Positions 27,901 to 35,691 of a stretch of 52,228 nucleotides of DNA are shown here, one piece after another (the first letter of the stretch is position 1; the number at the start of each line of letters is the position of its first letter). Location: NCBI GenBank assembly GCA_031409655.1, contig JANNXQ010000100.1, positions 1 to 52,228 on the forward strand, in the 5' to 3' direction. The stretch is from Chthoniobacteraceae bacterium. Its GTDB lineage: Bacteria > Verrucomicrobiota > Verrucomicrobiia > Chthoniobacterales > Chthoniobacteraceae. The notes beneath the pieces are model-generated. The model was not told where the DNA came from and did not search any database. It worked only from the letters and a program-made list of their open reading frames with translations. Made by a program: the position numbers and the translations under genes.

Positions 27901-28644
27901 GGCGGCGGCGAGGGCGACTGTCTGGCCAGGGGCGCCGGTGAGGGGGGTGCCGTCGAGGGTGATCGTGCCCGAGGTGCCGGTGAGGAAGCCGAAGGCCACG
28001 GGTGCGGCAGTGGAGAGCAGGGCGTCGGTGGCGGGATTGGGCGTGGCGGCAAAGCGGGTGCCATCGGCAAAGTCGATGCCACCGCTGGCGACAACGGCGA
28101 AGGAGCCGGTGACGTCGATCTCGGCGGTGGGGCCAAAGAGGACGCCGTCTTTGTTGAGCAGGTAGAAGTTGGGGGCTTCGGAGCGCAGCGTGCCGTCGAT
28201 GCTCGATCGGCCGCCGGTGACGCGGGTGAAGATATTGGTAAAGCCCGCGCCGCGGAAGGTGGCGATGTCGCCCGCGGCAAGGTCGAGCTTTTCGAGGCTG
28301 TGAAAGAGGTTGCCGCCTCGGGCTCGCCCGAGGGATTCCGCGATGTCGATGTTGGGCCCGACGAGGGTTTGGAACGCGCCGAGGGAGCCATCGGTCTTTA
28401 CTTCGCCCCACACTGGCCACGCCGCGAGCCACCCGAGGAGCACGAGGAGCACGAAGCGCCTTGGGAGCGCCGCCGTCCTCGTGCGGCATCGTTCCCGCCG
28501 CCCGGAGCGCACATTTCCTGGCCACGCGGAGGGAGACTCGCGCTCCGCGACCGGGACACAGCCGCCCGGGGACGGCGGCGCTCCCAGGCCGCGCCGCGCG
28601 GCCGACACCGCATGGTGTTTCCCACTTTGCATCGCGGCTGGCAT
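24910..28644 (-). CDS. TpsA-3: haemagglutinin N-terminal domain protein with inserted proprotein-convertase P-like domain
   Basis: h-region RRFVLLVLLGWLAAWPVWG-EV, GGNLFHSL, NIFTRVTGG..SIDG, P-domain-like insert (HPHAGNLTLTLVSP...NGVWQLVLTD...DVGELTSWSL), conserved tail. ATG 28644 overlaps the upstream stop (TGATG); exact start uncertain. Confidence 0.85.
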   Translation of the reverse strand: MPAAMQSGKHHAVSAARRGLGAPPSPGGCVPVAERESPSAWPGNVRSGRRERCRTRTAALPRRFVLLVLLGWLAAWPVWGEVKTDGSLGAFQTLVGPNIDIAESLGRARGGNLFHSLEKLDLAAGDIATFRGAGFTNIFTRVTGGRSSIDGTLRSEAPNFYLLNKDGVLFGPTAEIDVTGSFAVVASGGIDFADGTRFAATPNPATDALLSTAAPVAFGFLTGTSGTITLDGTPLTGAPGQTVALAAATVELTNGAKVSSTGSVVIRGGKLTMLGSSKIVVEASLPGDKASVKMTESLTLSVASSITGTALADLGAEPVVDVAAPSVSLLGDATAALNPSIVSGGNGVDPAGSIRVEAEELKVLDGGVIGAAATGAGAGGDLQILARNVVVSGPASKLSSENPFGSTGVGGSLRLDATGDVTASDGGLITTTTSDSGAAGNLQLRIGGRLTVARGGQVTADTFGPGTGGNISVRAGSLVVAGNDLGGFTGISAEAQGSGRGGNVHLDIPGPITITSDGRITAATFGDAPGGNVEIHAASLRISRQGAVQFSGVNTSSYLGAGASGDLRLDVSGALTLVEGGQIAARTFSSGAGGTLQVNAGSVAISGTGSSISAQTTGDVLGGAGGNIRLRTDLLEVRNRGEISASTSGVGAGGSIDILARQVELDGGRIAAETTSTGFAPIPATVSDLEVTFTILHPHAGNLTLTLVSPTLQGLELFSGVGGTGQNFTDTTLADNAPTAISAGVAPFTGRFRPVNPLGMTLADFNGVGFNGVWQLVLTDPDLTDVGELTSWSLTSGGVTVNADPQFLPVPFPDAFGTENVAGFLIVDVPPAGFTPIQPGRGGNVRIAAETMTLLREGSVSAQTLNSAQGGDVQLQIGGVLRIADRGFVSANTLLSGPGGNLDIAAKTVRVESGGAITAGTAGTGRGGNINLRGNSVAISGHDLTDPSTISAESTSSGLGGRGGDIFVNADKLSITGTPGLDVGISARSLGGGTSGSIWLQGGALSLQAGAVVASSNTGDGNAGSVTVGTSKAIRLDGASVITTAAARGEAGLIRLDAGTRIDLTRGSRITASAGRNGGSIQLRSRDVLQLIDSEISATAGTVLAATTGGAGGSGGNISIVGPEFTILEQSLISANAAIGRGGNIEISTDFFFNSSTLITATGAVAGTITISAPELDLAAGLVELANSLIDQSSLLREQCARRLNDDFSSFLLLGRGGISFTPEDAQAESGAAGRRRKGKADGQ
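28462..28586. repeat. 26-bp inverted repeat (REP-like) inside the 5' region of tpsA-3
   Basis: TGGGAGCGCCGCCGTCCTCGTGCGGC (28462-28487) versus GCCGCCCGGGGACGGCGGCGCTCCCA (28561-28586): 24 of 26 positions complementary. Confidence 0.85.
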
Positions 28645-31600
28645 CACGCAGCCGAAGCTCGCCGCCGGAAGCGCCGACCCGTGGCGAGCAGGCCCGCGAG
28701 TCCGCTGAGCAGCGTGGCGCACACGCCCGGCTCCGGCACGGCGACGAGGAAGACATCGTTGCCGCCGCTCAGGAAGCTGGCGTTGGGGTTTCCGGGGTTG
28801 TAGTTGCCGTTGTAGTAGATGTTGAAGGGGCGCCTATCGAGGGTGAAAAGTCCGCCGTTGGGGATACCGCCGATCGTTCCGGTGGTCGAGCCCGCGCCGT
28901 TGTTGAGGATGATGGCAAAGAGGTCGCCCTGCGTGAGCGCGAGCCTCACCAGCGAACCGGCGAAATCACCCCCCAGGGAGATGTTGCCCGCCGCCACCAC
29001 CAGTTGGTCGTAACCGGACCTTGGTAGCGTGCTGTTCAGTTCGAGTCGGAAATGCGAGGTGCCCGACAGCGTGAGGCCGTTGGAGATGGTCAGCGTTCCG
29101 GGGGAAGCGCCGGGTGCCACGATGCCGTTGTTGATCAGCGTCCCGATGCTGCCCCCGCCCATCAAGGTGCCGTTATTGGTGACGGTTCCGTCGATCGATC
29201 CGCCGACCACGACATCGAGCGTCGCCCCGGCCGCGATCGCGACCGCCGGACTGCCGATCGCGCCCCCATTGGCGACGCGCAGGATCCCCGAGGAAACGGT
29301 CGTGGGGCCGGTGTAGGGATTCTTGCCGCCCAGTTCCGCCTGGCCCATCCCGATCTTGGTCAGGGAGATGTCGCCGCAGATGGCGCCATTGAAGAGGACT
29401 GCCTGGTCCCCGCCGCCAAAGGACAATGAAGCCGTGGTGCCAGCGGTGTTCTTGATCCGCGCGGTGCCGAGACTGTTGGCGGTGAGCCCGTTGATCGTCT
29501 CGGTCTTGCCGTTCAGGTCGAGATCCGCCGATTGCCCGAGTCCGGGGTTGATAATCACGTTACCCTTGCCGACGCCGTGCGGGACCACTTCGCTACCGCC
29601 CAATTGGAGTTGGCCGCTCGTCAGAGTGGTGTCGCTGCTGTAGGTGTTGCCGCTATTGCCGAGGACCACCAGACCGGAGGTATTGGTCACGCCGGTCAGC
29701 CGGGCGGTGTTCACTTGGTTATCCTGGATCACGCCGGCGAGGATGGTCAGTCCGCTCCCGGTTAATTCGAGGGCGCGGCTGGCATTGACGTCGGAGTTCG
29801 TCACCGGTCCATTGACGGTCAGGGCTTTGCCTTCCGGTAACGTATTGGCCACCTGGGTCGTGCCGCCGCCGCCGATGCTCACCGGGCCATTGAGGGTGAG
29901 CGCATTGCTGCCGACGAACGAGGCGAGGGCATTGCCCGTCAAGGTCACGGCATTGCCGATCGTGCGATCGCCACCCACCGCGGTGAGCGCCGCGTTATTC
30001 ACCGTGAGCGGCCCCGTGCCCACCGGACCCGAGAGCACCACGCCGCTGAGCGGGGTGGAATTTGCCCCGATGCCGACCATGCCCGACGTCGTGGTGTAGG
30101 CACCGGTGAAAGTGCTTTGACCCGAGAGCACCCACATCGCCTGGGTATTCTGCACCACCGTCAGGACGCCGCCGCCGGTATCGTTGCTCAGGATGCCGCT
30201 CACTTCGTTGCAGTCGGTGTTCGTGCCGCCGAGGACGAGCGTCTTTGCCGCGCTGCTGCCGCTGTTGTTCTGCACATTGGTCAGGATGATCCGTCCGTAA
30301 CCGCTCGACTCGATGGTCGTGGTCCCCGAGGTAGCCGTGAGCCGGATCGGACGATCGCTCGTTTCCCCAGCCCCGACATAAGTAAGCGTCGTCGAGTTCC
30401 CTCCGGTGCCGAGATGCAAGGTGCCCGCACCCGCGCCGAGACTGCTGGAAGCCGAGGTGCTATTCCCGAGCGCGGTGATGAGCAGGTTCCCAGAGTTCAA
30501 GGCCGTGTCGCCCGCGTAAGTGCTGGCCCCCTTGAGGAAGAGCGTTCCCGGACCGGTCTTGATGAGAGCTGGCGTTCCGCTCCCGGCGAAAGCGCCGGAG
30601 ATCGGGCCGGAGAGCGTGGCAAAATCAGTCGAGGTATTCGGGTTGTCGTTCACCAGGATCGTGCGGGCCACCGCGCCGAGATCGAGCCCATTGACCAACT
30701 CCGTCTCGGCCAGCGCCGTGGCGCTGCTCAGGACCAGAGTAGTCACTGGAAATGGCACCACCGCCCCGGCCCCGCCGAAGTTCACCGTGAGCTTGGTGGG
30801 GGAAGCGGCAAAGCCGCTGGTCGTGCCCGCGAGGCTCACGCCGCCGCTGCCCGGGGTCGGGGTCAAGTTGAAGTTGCGGGTGAAGGTGCCGCTGGTTTGG
30901 AAGATGCCGCCATTGAGCACCAATGGGCTGGCCGTCGGCAGACTCTGCCCATCGATCGCCTGCAAGGTGCCGCCGGCCACCGTGGTCGTGCCGGTGTAAG
31001 TGTTGGTCGTGTTTCCCAGAACCCACACGCCGGCGTCGGCCTTGTGGACATTCAACACCGCGCTGGCGCCGCCGGTCGGATTGACGAGTTGCAGGTCCAT
31101 CTCGTTGTCCCCAGTCGAGGCGCCGCCGAGCACGAGGGTCTGCGCGACGTTATTCGCTCCGGCGGTGTAAAGGATCGGATTGGTTTTGTTCAGAATCAAC
31201 GTTGCGTTGTTCGCGCCATTGGCCTGGATACGGCCGCCCGCACCGTTCGCCGTCCCGGCAAAGGTGAACAAGCGGTTGATGCTCACGGAAGGTGCGCCGG
31301 TGTAACTGATGCCACCCATCGCCGCCGCGGTGCTCGCTCCTCCGAAAACAAGACTGGCGGCGTTGGTGGCGTCGTTGGTGGCATCACCGAGACCCAAGCC
31401 ACTGGCCACGCCGATATTGGCAAGATTAGGGATGGAGACGATGCCTGTCGCGTTGATCGTGGTCGAACCGGTATATTGGTTTAAGCCGCTCCACGTCTGG
31501 CCGCCTGTTCCTTGTTTGACCACGCTGGCGGCTCCACCCCCCGACTGGGTGATGATGCCGGTGAAAGTGCCCGTCCCGTTTCCGTTGCCGACCGTGAGCG

Positions 31601-34600
31601 TGGCGGCAACGGGACCCGAGTTAATCACGATACCTGCGCCGTTGAACGCGCCGATCGCTGTGCCGGTGTTTACTCCGTTGAGATCGAGGACGGCACCCTG
31701 GCGCAGCGCCAAGGGTTGATTGGCGGCGCTCAGTCGTCCTGCTCCGGCCATTCGCACGGTGCCTTCATTGATATTCGTCGCGCCGGTCTGGGCATTGGTG
31801 CTGTTCGTGAGGACGAGGATTCCAAACCCATTCTTGGTCAGCCCGCCGACTGTGGCATTGCTCAGTTGCGAGTCGAGAGTCAGGGTATCGGCGACCCCAT
31901 TGACTCGAATGACCAGCGCGCCACCAGCAGCGCCGAGACCTTGGGAGACGTTGCCGCCGGAGATCGTGGAAGATCCACCAGTCAGCAAAATGCCGCCTAC
32001 AGTGTTGGCTCCAATGTTGATTTGAAGCTGATCCGCGGCCCCCATCGTGAGGACGGGTGAGCCGGAACCGTCAATCAAAAGAGAATTGATGGGCGTTGTT
32101 CCAGCAGCGAGAGCAAAGCCCGCACCGGTGACTTCATTGTGTGCTCCCGCCGTCAGCGCGACGGCGCTGGTAAAGAAGCCGGTGTCAGCGCCATACACGG
32201 GTGCGCGCAATTCCCCGGTGCCAAGATTGGCCAGGGCAAAGTTACTGCCGTTGTAATAGATCGACCCGCGGACAAAACCATCCGGGACACCGGTGAGCCG
32301 GACGATGTCGAGCGCGCTCGGCGCGACGACGTTGATGCTGGCCCCGAGACTGGCCACGCCACCCAAGGAGGCAAAGGTGATGGAGGCATTGCCTCCAGGA
32401 GCCGGGCTCAGCCGGATCGTCCCGGGACCCTGCTGCGGATTCAATGGCCCGAGATTTTCCAAGTTCGAGACACTCGGCTGGCCGACCAGTTCCAACGTGC
32501 CGCCGGCATTCTGAGTCGTCGCATCGACGTTGAAGGTAATGGCGGAGTTGTCGGCGAGGATGGTCGAGGCGGCGGCGTTTGCCTTGAGCTTCAAGGTGCC
32601 GCCCGTGATCGTCGTCGGGCCGGTGTAAGTATTCGAGCCGGAGAGCACCCAGGTCCCGGGGTCGGTCTTGGTGAGCGAGACCGCGTTGATTCCCGCGTCG
32701 GCCAAGCCGCCCTGGATTTCGTTGTCGAGCGCACTGGCACCTCCCAGGGTCAATACCCGGTTGGGAGTCGAACCGATATTGTTCAAACCACCGGCCAGAA
32801 TGAGCGGGGTCGGCAAGCTGCCGGTTTGATTCGCATTGATCCGGCCGCCGATGCCGTTGAGGCTGATTGAGTTATTCGAGGTTTCGCCCGCGCCAGTGCC
32901 GGCCGCCCCCAGATAGTTCAACCTGCTCCCATTGTTGATCGCGACAAGGCCAGACGTGCCGAGCGCGCCGAATTGGCGGATGGCGAGCGTGCCGCCGGTG
33001 ATGAAGGTTGGGCCGGTATAAGTGGAGGCGACGCCGTTAATCGTCAGCGTGCCGGAGCCGGCCATCGACAACTGATGCGCTGCACCGCTGGCGAGCACGT
33101 TTCCATTCAAAAGGAAGTCGCCACTGCCTTCGAACCTCATGTTGCGCGCCGTGCCATCGGTTTGATTCCAAAAGGCACCCGTCACACCGACCAGGCCATT
33201 GGAGTTGTTGACGATCCTTTCGAAACCTGGGCCGGCGCCCGCCACGGACGAGAATTCCACCCCGTAACCATTGCGCCCATTGACGGTGAGGGTGCGGGTT
33301 TCAGCCGGGGTGGGCACCAAGGTGAGACCGGCGAAGGCCACGGTCTGATTCAACCCCGAGCCACCCACGGCACGATCCGCGAAGATCGTCCCATCGCCCG
33401 TGGCCAGGGTCACTCCCTTGGTATTGAAGTTGGGCGCATCGGTGCGGGCTTCGAGGGTGCCGCCGTTGAGGGTAATGGCATTGGCCGCCGCGTTCGGCCC
33501 GAGATTGGTGCCGGAGGCGACGCGCAGGAAGCCGCCGCTGACGGTCGTGATGCCGCTGTAAGTATTCGCGCCATTCAGAATGAGCGTGCCCGGCCCTGCC
33601 TTGGCCAGGGAGCCGGTGCCGGTCACGTTGCCGGCGATCGACCAATGGGCGTTGCCCTGGAAGGTGGCGGACTGGCCCGCGCCGAGGGCGACGCCGCCGG
33701 TGACGTTGGTGGTGCCGACATTGGAAGCCAGCCGCGTGGCGCTGCTGCTGCCGGTCGAGACCAGGGCAGCGAGGGTGTTATTCCCGATCGAGACCAAGGC
33801 ATCGCCGATGCCCGCCGGCCCGCCGCCGCTGAGGTTGAGGCCGCGGGTAAAGTTGATGGGCGTATTGCTGCCACCGAGCACGAGCTGGCCGCCGCCGATT
33901 CCGGGAACAGTGGTCCCACCGATGACGACTGTCGAGGTGGCCGAACCCAGCGCGCCCAGATGGGAGATCTCCAAAGTGCCGCGATTGACGGTGGTGATGC
34001 CGCCGTAGGTGTTATTTCCGGAGTTGCCGGCAAGGTTCAGCACCCCGCCATCCACGGTCAGCGCACCCGGTCCGGCGATCACCCCAGAGTAGTCGATGGC
34101 GCCCGTCGAGTTGAAGGTGCCGCCAGCGGTCCCGAGGGTGATCCCACGGTTCGCGTTGAGTACCAGGCAAGTCGTGGCCGAAAGGCCGCCGCCGTTGAGG
34201 ACGATGGCCCCCGCAACCCCGAGGTTTGCGTCCCTGGAGATTTGCACGAGGCCGCCGGAGACGCACGTCGGGCCATTGTAGAGATTGTCTGCCGTGAGGA
34301 CGAGGGTTCCCGTGCCGAATTTCTCGAGGCCGGTCCCGGCGGTTCCAGCGATGACGATGTCGAGGGTCGCGGTATTGAACCCGGTGTCGATGGAGGGTTT
34401 GAGGCCAGACGGCGCCGTGAGCGTGAGTGGCCCACCCACGAGGGTGTAACCGGGGGTGTCAAACTGGAGCCCGCCCGCCGAGATTCCGCCCGCCTGGAGA
34501 GTGACGATGCCCGTGCCCGGATGGCCACCAAAGACGGCGATGTCGTGGACGTTGAGGGTATTATTCCAGGCGACGTCCACGGAGGGCGCGAGGGTGCTAT

Positions 34601-35396
34601 TGATGGGCAGCGGGTCAAAGCGGATGGTCGAGGTATCCCACGTTGCCGCACCACCCTTGATGCCGTCGTTGTACACGCCATTCGGATCCCAAATCAAAGA
34701 ATTGACGCCGGGGATCGCGGCCCGGGTCGTCGGCGCAATGTTCGGCGCGTCGATCGTCAGGATTTGATTGCAATCGCGGACGGAAAGGTAGTCGGCACGG
34801 TTGGTCACGGTGGAGACGGTGGAGCTGGCGAAGACCGTGAACTTTACCTCGCTCAGCGGTTTCGGTGGCGCCTGCGTCGGCTGGATTGAACCGTCGGCGA
34901 AGAGGAGCGGCGGCACTTTTTCCGCCTGGGCCGCAAAGCTCCGGACGGCGGTGGAGGTGTCCTTAAAGACCAACTCAAACACATCGACGTCGCCCGGCTG
35001 CGTTTGGGCACTGACGGTCCCGACCGTATAGACCAGCACTTCCCCCACCGCGACGCCATTGACGCCATTCCCCACAACGAATTCCACCTGCATGTCGGTG
35101 AATGGATTCTTGAACTGAGTGGCATCGAAGGTCGCTTCCGCCGGATCGTAGGCGACGCGCAGTTGAAACCCCTGGACGAGCGGCGGATCGACGCGCATCA
35201 CCCACTTTTTGACTCCGCCCACGTAGTTGCACGTCGCGGTGGTCGTGGTCTTTCCCGTGGCCGTGGCTCCCTCGCTCTCGGGGGCCAGCGCGAGGGGCAA
35301 GACTCCGCTCACCGCCAGAGCGCTGGCGAGGATCCGCCGTCGCGCCCACGGCCGGATTCCGCGGGAAAATTTCGAGGACAAAGACAGCGGTTTCAT
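28644..35396 (-). CDS. 2250-aa PEP-CTERM protein with autotransporter-associated beta-strand (passenger) repeats
   Basis: Sec signal; many L.K.G.GTL.L.G.NTY.G.T.V.GG.L repeats; C-terminal VPEP + TM + Arg cluster (VPEPGVCATLLSGLAGLLATGRRFRRR); no autotransporter barrel. Confidence 0.92.
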   Translation of the reverse strand: MKPLSLSSKFSRGIRPWARRRILASALAVSGVLPLALAPESEGATATGKTTTTATCNYVGGVKKWVMRVDPPLVQGFQLRVAYDPAEATFDATQFKNPFTDMQVEFVVGNGVNGVAVGEVLVYTVGTVSAQTQPGDVDVFELVFKDTSTAVRSFAAQAEKVPPLLFADGSIQPTQAPPKPLSEVKFTVFASSTVSTVTNRADYLSVRDCNQILTIDAPNIAPTTRAAIPGVNSLIWDPNGVYNDGIKGGAATWDTSTIRFDPLPINSTLAPSVDVAWNNTLNVHDIAVFGGHPGTGIVTLQAGGISAGGLQFDTPGYTLVGGPLTLTAPSGLKPSIDTGFNTATLDIVIAGTAGTGLEKFGTGTLVLTADNLYNGPTCVSGGLVQISRDANLGVAGAIVLNGGGLSATTCLVLNANRGITLGTAGGTFNSTGAIDYSGVIAGPGALTVDGGVLNLAGNSGNNTYGGITTVNRGTLEISHLGALGSATSTVVIGGTTVPGIGGGQLVLGGSNTPINFTRGLNLSGGGPAGIGDALVSIGNNTLAALVSTGSSSATRLASNVGTTNVTGGVALGAGQSATFQGNAHWSIAGNVTGTGSLAKAGPGTLILNGANTYSGITTVSGGFLRVASGTNLGPNAAANAITLNGGTLEARTDAPNFNTKGVTLATGDGTIFADRAVGGSGLNQTVAFAGLTLVPTPAETRTLTVNGRNGYGVEFSSVAGAGPGFERIVNNSNGLVGVTGAFWNQTDGTARNMRFEGSGDFLLNGNVLASGAAHQLSMAGSGTLTINGVASTYTGPTFITGGTLAIRQFGALGTSGLVAINNGSRLNYLGAAGTGAGETSNNSISLNGIGGRINANQTGSLPTPLILAGGLNNIGSTPNRVLTLGGASALDNEIQGGLADAGINAVSLTKTDPGTWVLSGSNTYTGPTTITGGTLKLKANAAASTILADNSAITFNVDATTQNAGGTLELVGQPSVSNLENLGPLNPQQGPGTIRLSPAPGGNASITFASLGGVASLGASINVVAPSALDIVRLTGVPDGFVRGSIYYNGSNFALANLGTGELRAPVYGADTGFFTSAVALTAGAHNEVTGAGFALAAGTTPINSLLIDGSGSPVLTMGAADQLQINIGANTVGGILLTGGSSTISGGNVSQGLGAAGGALVIRVNGVADTLTLDSQLSNATVGGLTKNGFGILVLTNSTNAQTGATNINEGTVRMAGAGRLSAANQPLALRQGAVLDLNGVNTGTAIGAFNGAGIVINSGPVAATLTVGNGNGTGTFTGIITQSGGGAASVVKQGTGGQTWSGLNQYTGSTTINATGIVSIPNLANIGVASGLGLGDATNDATNAASLVFGGASTAAAMGGISYTGAPSVSINRLFTFAGTANGAGGRIQANGANNATLILNKTNPILYTAGANNVAQTLVLGGASTGDNEMDLQLVNPTGGASAVLNVHKADAGVWVLGNTTNTYTGTTTVAGGTLQAIDGQSLPTASPLVLNGGIFQTSGTFTRNFNLTPTPGSGGVSLAGTTSGFAASPTKLTVNFGGAGAVVPFPVTTLVLSSATALAETELVNGLDLGAVARTILVNDNPNTSTDFATLSGPISGAFAGSGTPALIKTGPGTLFLKGASTYAGDTALNSGNLLITALGNSTSASSSLGAGAGTLHLGTGGNSTTLTYVGAGETSDRPIRLTATSGTTTIESSGYGRIILTNVQNNSGSSAAKTLVLGGTNTDCNEVSGILSNDTGGGVLTVVQNTQAMWVLSGQSTFTGAYTTTSGMVGIGANSTPLSGVVLSGPVGTGPLTVNNAALTAVGGDRTIGNAVTLTGNALASFVGSNALTLNGPVSIGGGGTTQVANTLPEGKALTVNGPVTNSDVNASRALELTGSGLTILAGVIQDNQVNTARLTGVTNTSGLVVLGNSGNTYSSDTTLTSGQLQLGGSEVVPHGVGKGNVIINPGLGQSADLDLNGKTETINGLTANSLGTARIKNTAGTTASLSFGGGDQAVLFNGAICGDISLTKIGMGQAELGGKNPYTGPTTVSSGILRVANGGAIGSPAVAIAAGATLDVVVGGSIDGTVTNNGTLMGGGSIGTLINNGIVAPGASPGTLTISNGLTLSGTSHFRLELNSTLPRSGYDQLVVAAGNISLGGDFAGSLVRLALTQGDLFAIILNNGAGSTTGTIGGIPNGGLFTLDRRPFNIYYNGNYNPGNPNASFLSGGNDVFLVAVPEPGVCATLLSGLAGLLATGRRFRRRASAA

Positions 35397-35691
35397 AGGC
35401 TCTGGAGGATGTGGGATTTCTGGCTTTCCCTCAGACCGTCGGCTGGCGATCTGCGGACCGTGATCACTTCAGAAGAAGAGCAACAGGAATTCAGGGGTGG
35501 TCAAACATTAACTTTACTTGTTTAGCGCCTGTGCTTGTCGCGTTCGCTGGAAAGGTTGCTCGCGATCGGCTGCGGGTCTCGTCCGATCTCGGACCGGAAG
35601 GATTGCGGGCGATTGGCAACGGACGTTTCGGGCGGGGGCGGAGATGGGTTCGCGATGCCCCTTCCCGGGAAACTCAGTCCGCCTCGGGGAA

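Noticed and set aside
28644..29100. Classical autotransporter call for the 2250-aa protein
   Set aside because: No C-terminal beta-barrel or terminal aromatic residue; it ends in a PEP-CTERM sorting signal.
35503..35523. AAACA-N11-TGTTT dyad upstream of the PEP-CTERM gene as a sigma-54 enhancer site
   Set aside because: Orientation is ACA..TGT rather than TGT..ACA, no -24/-12 GG/GC promoter was found nearby, and it is a single short occurrence.
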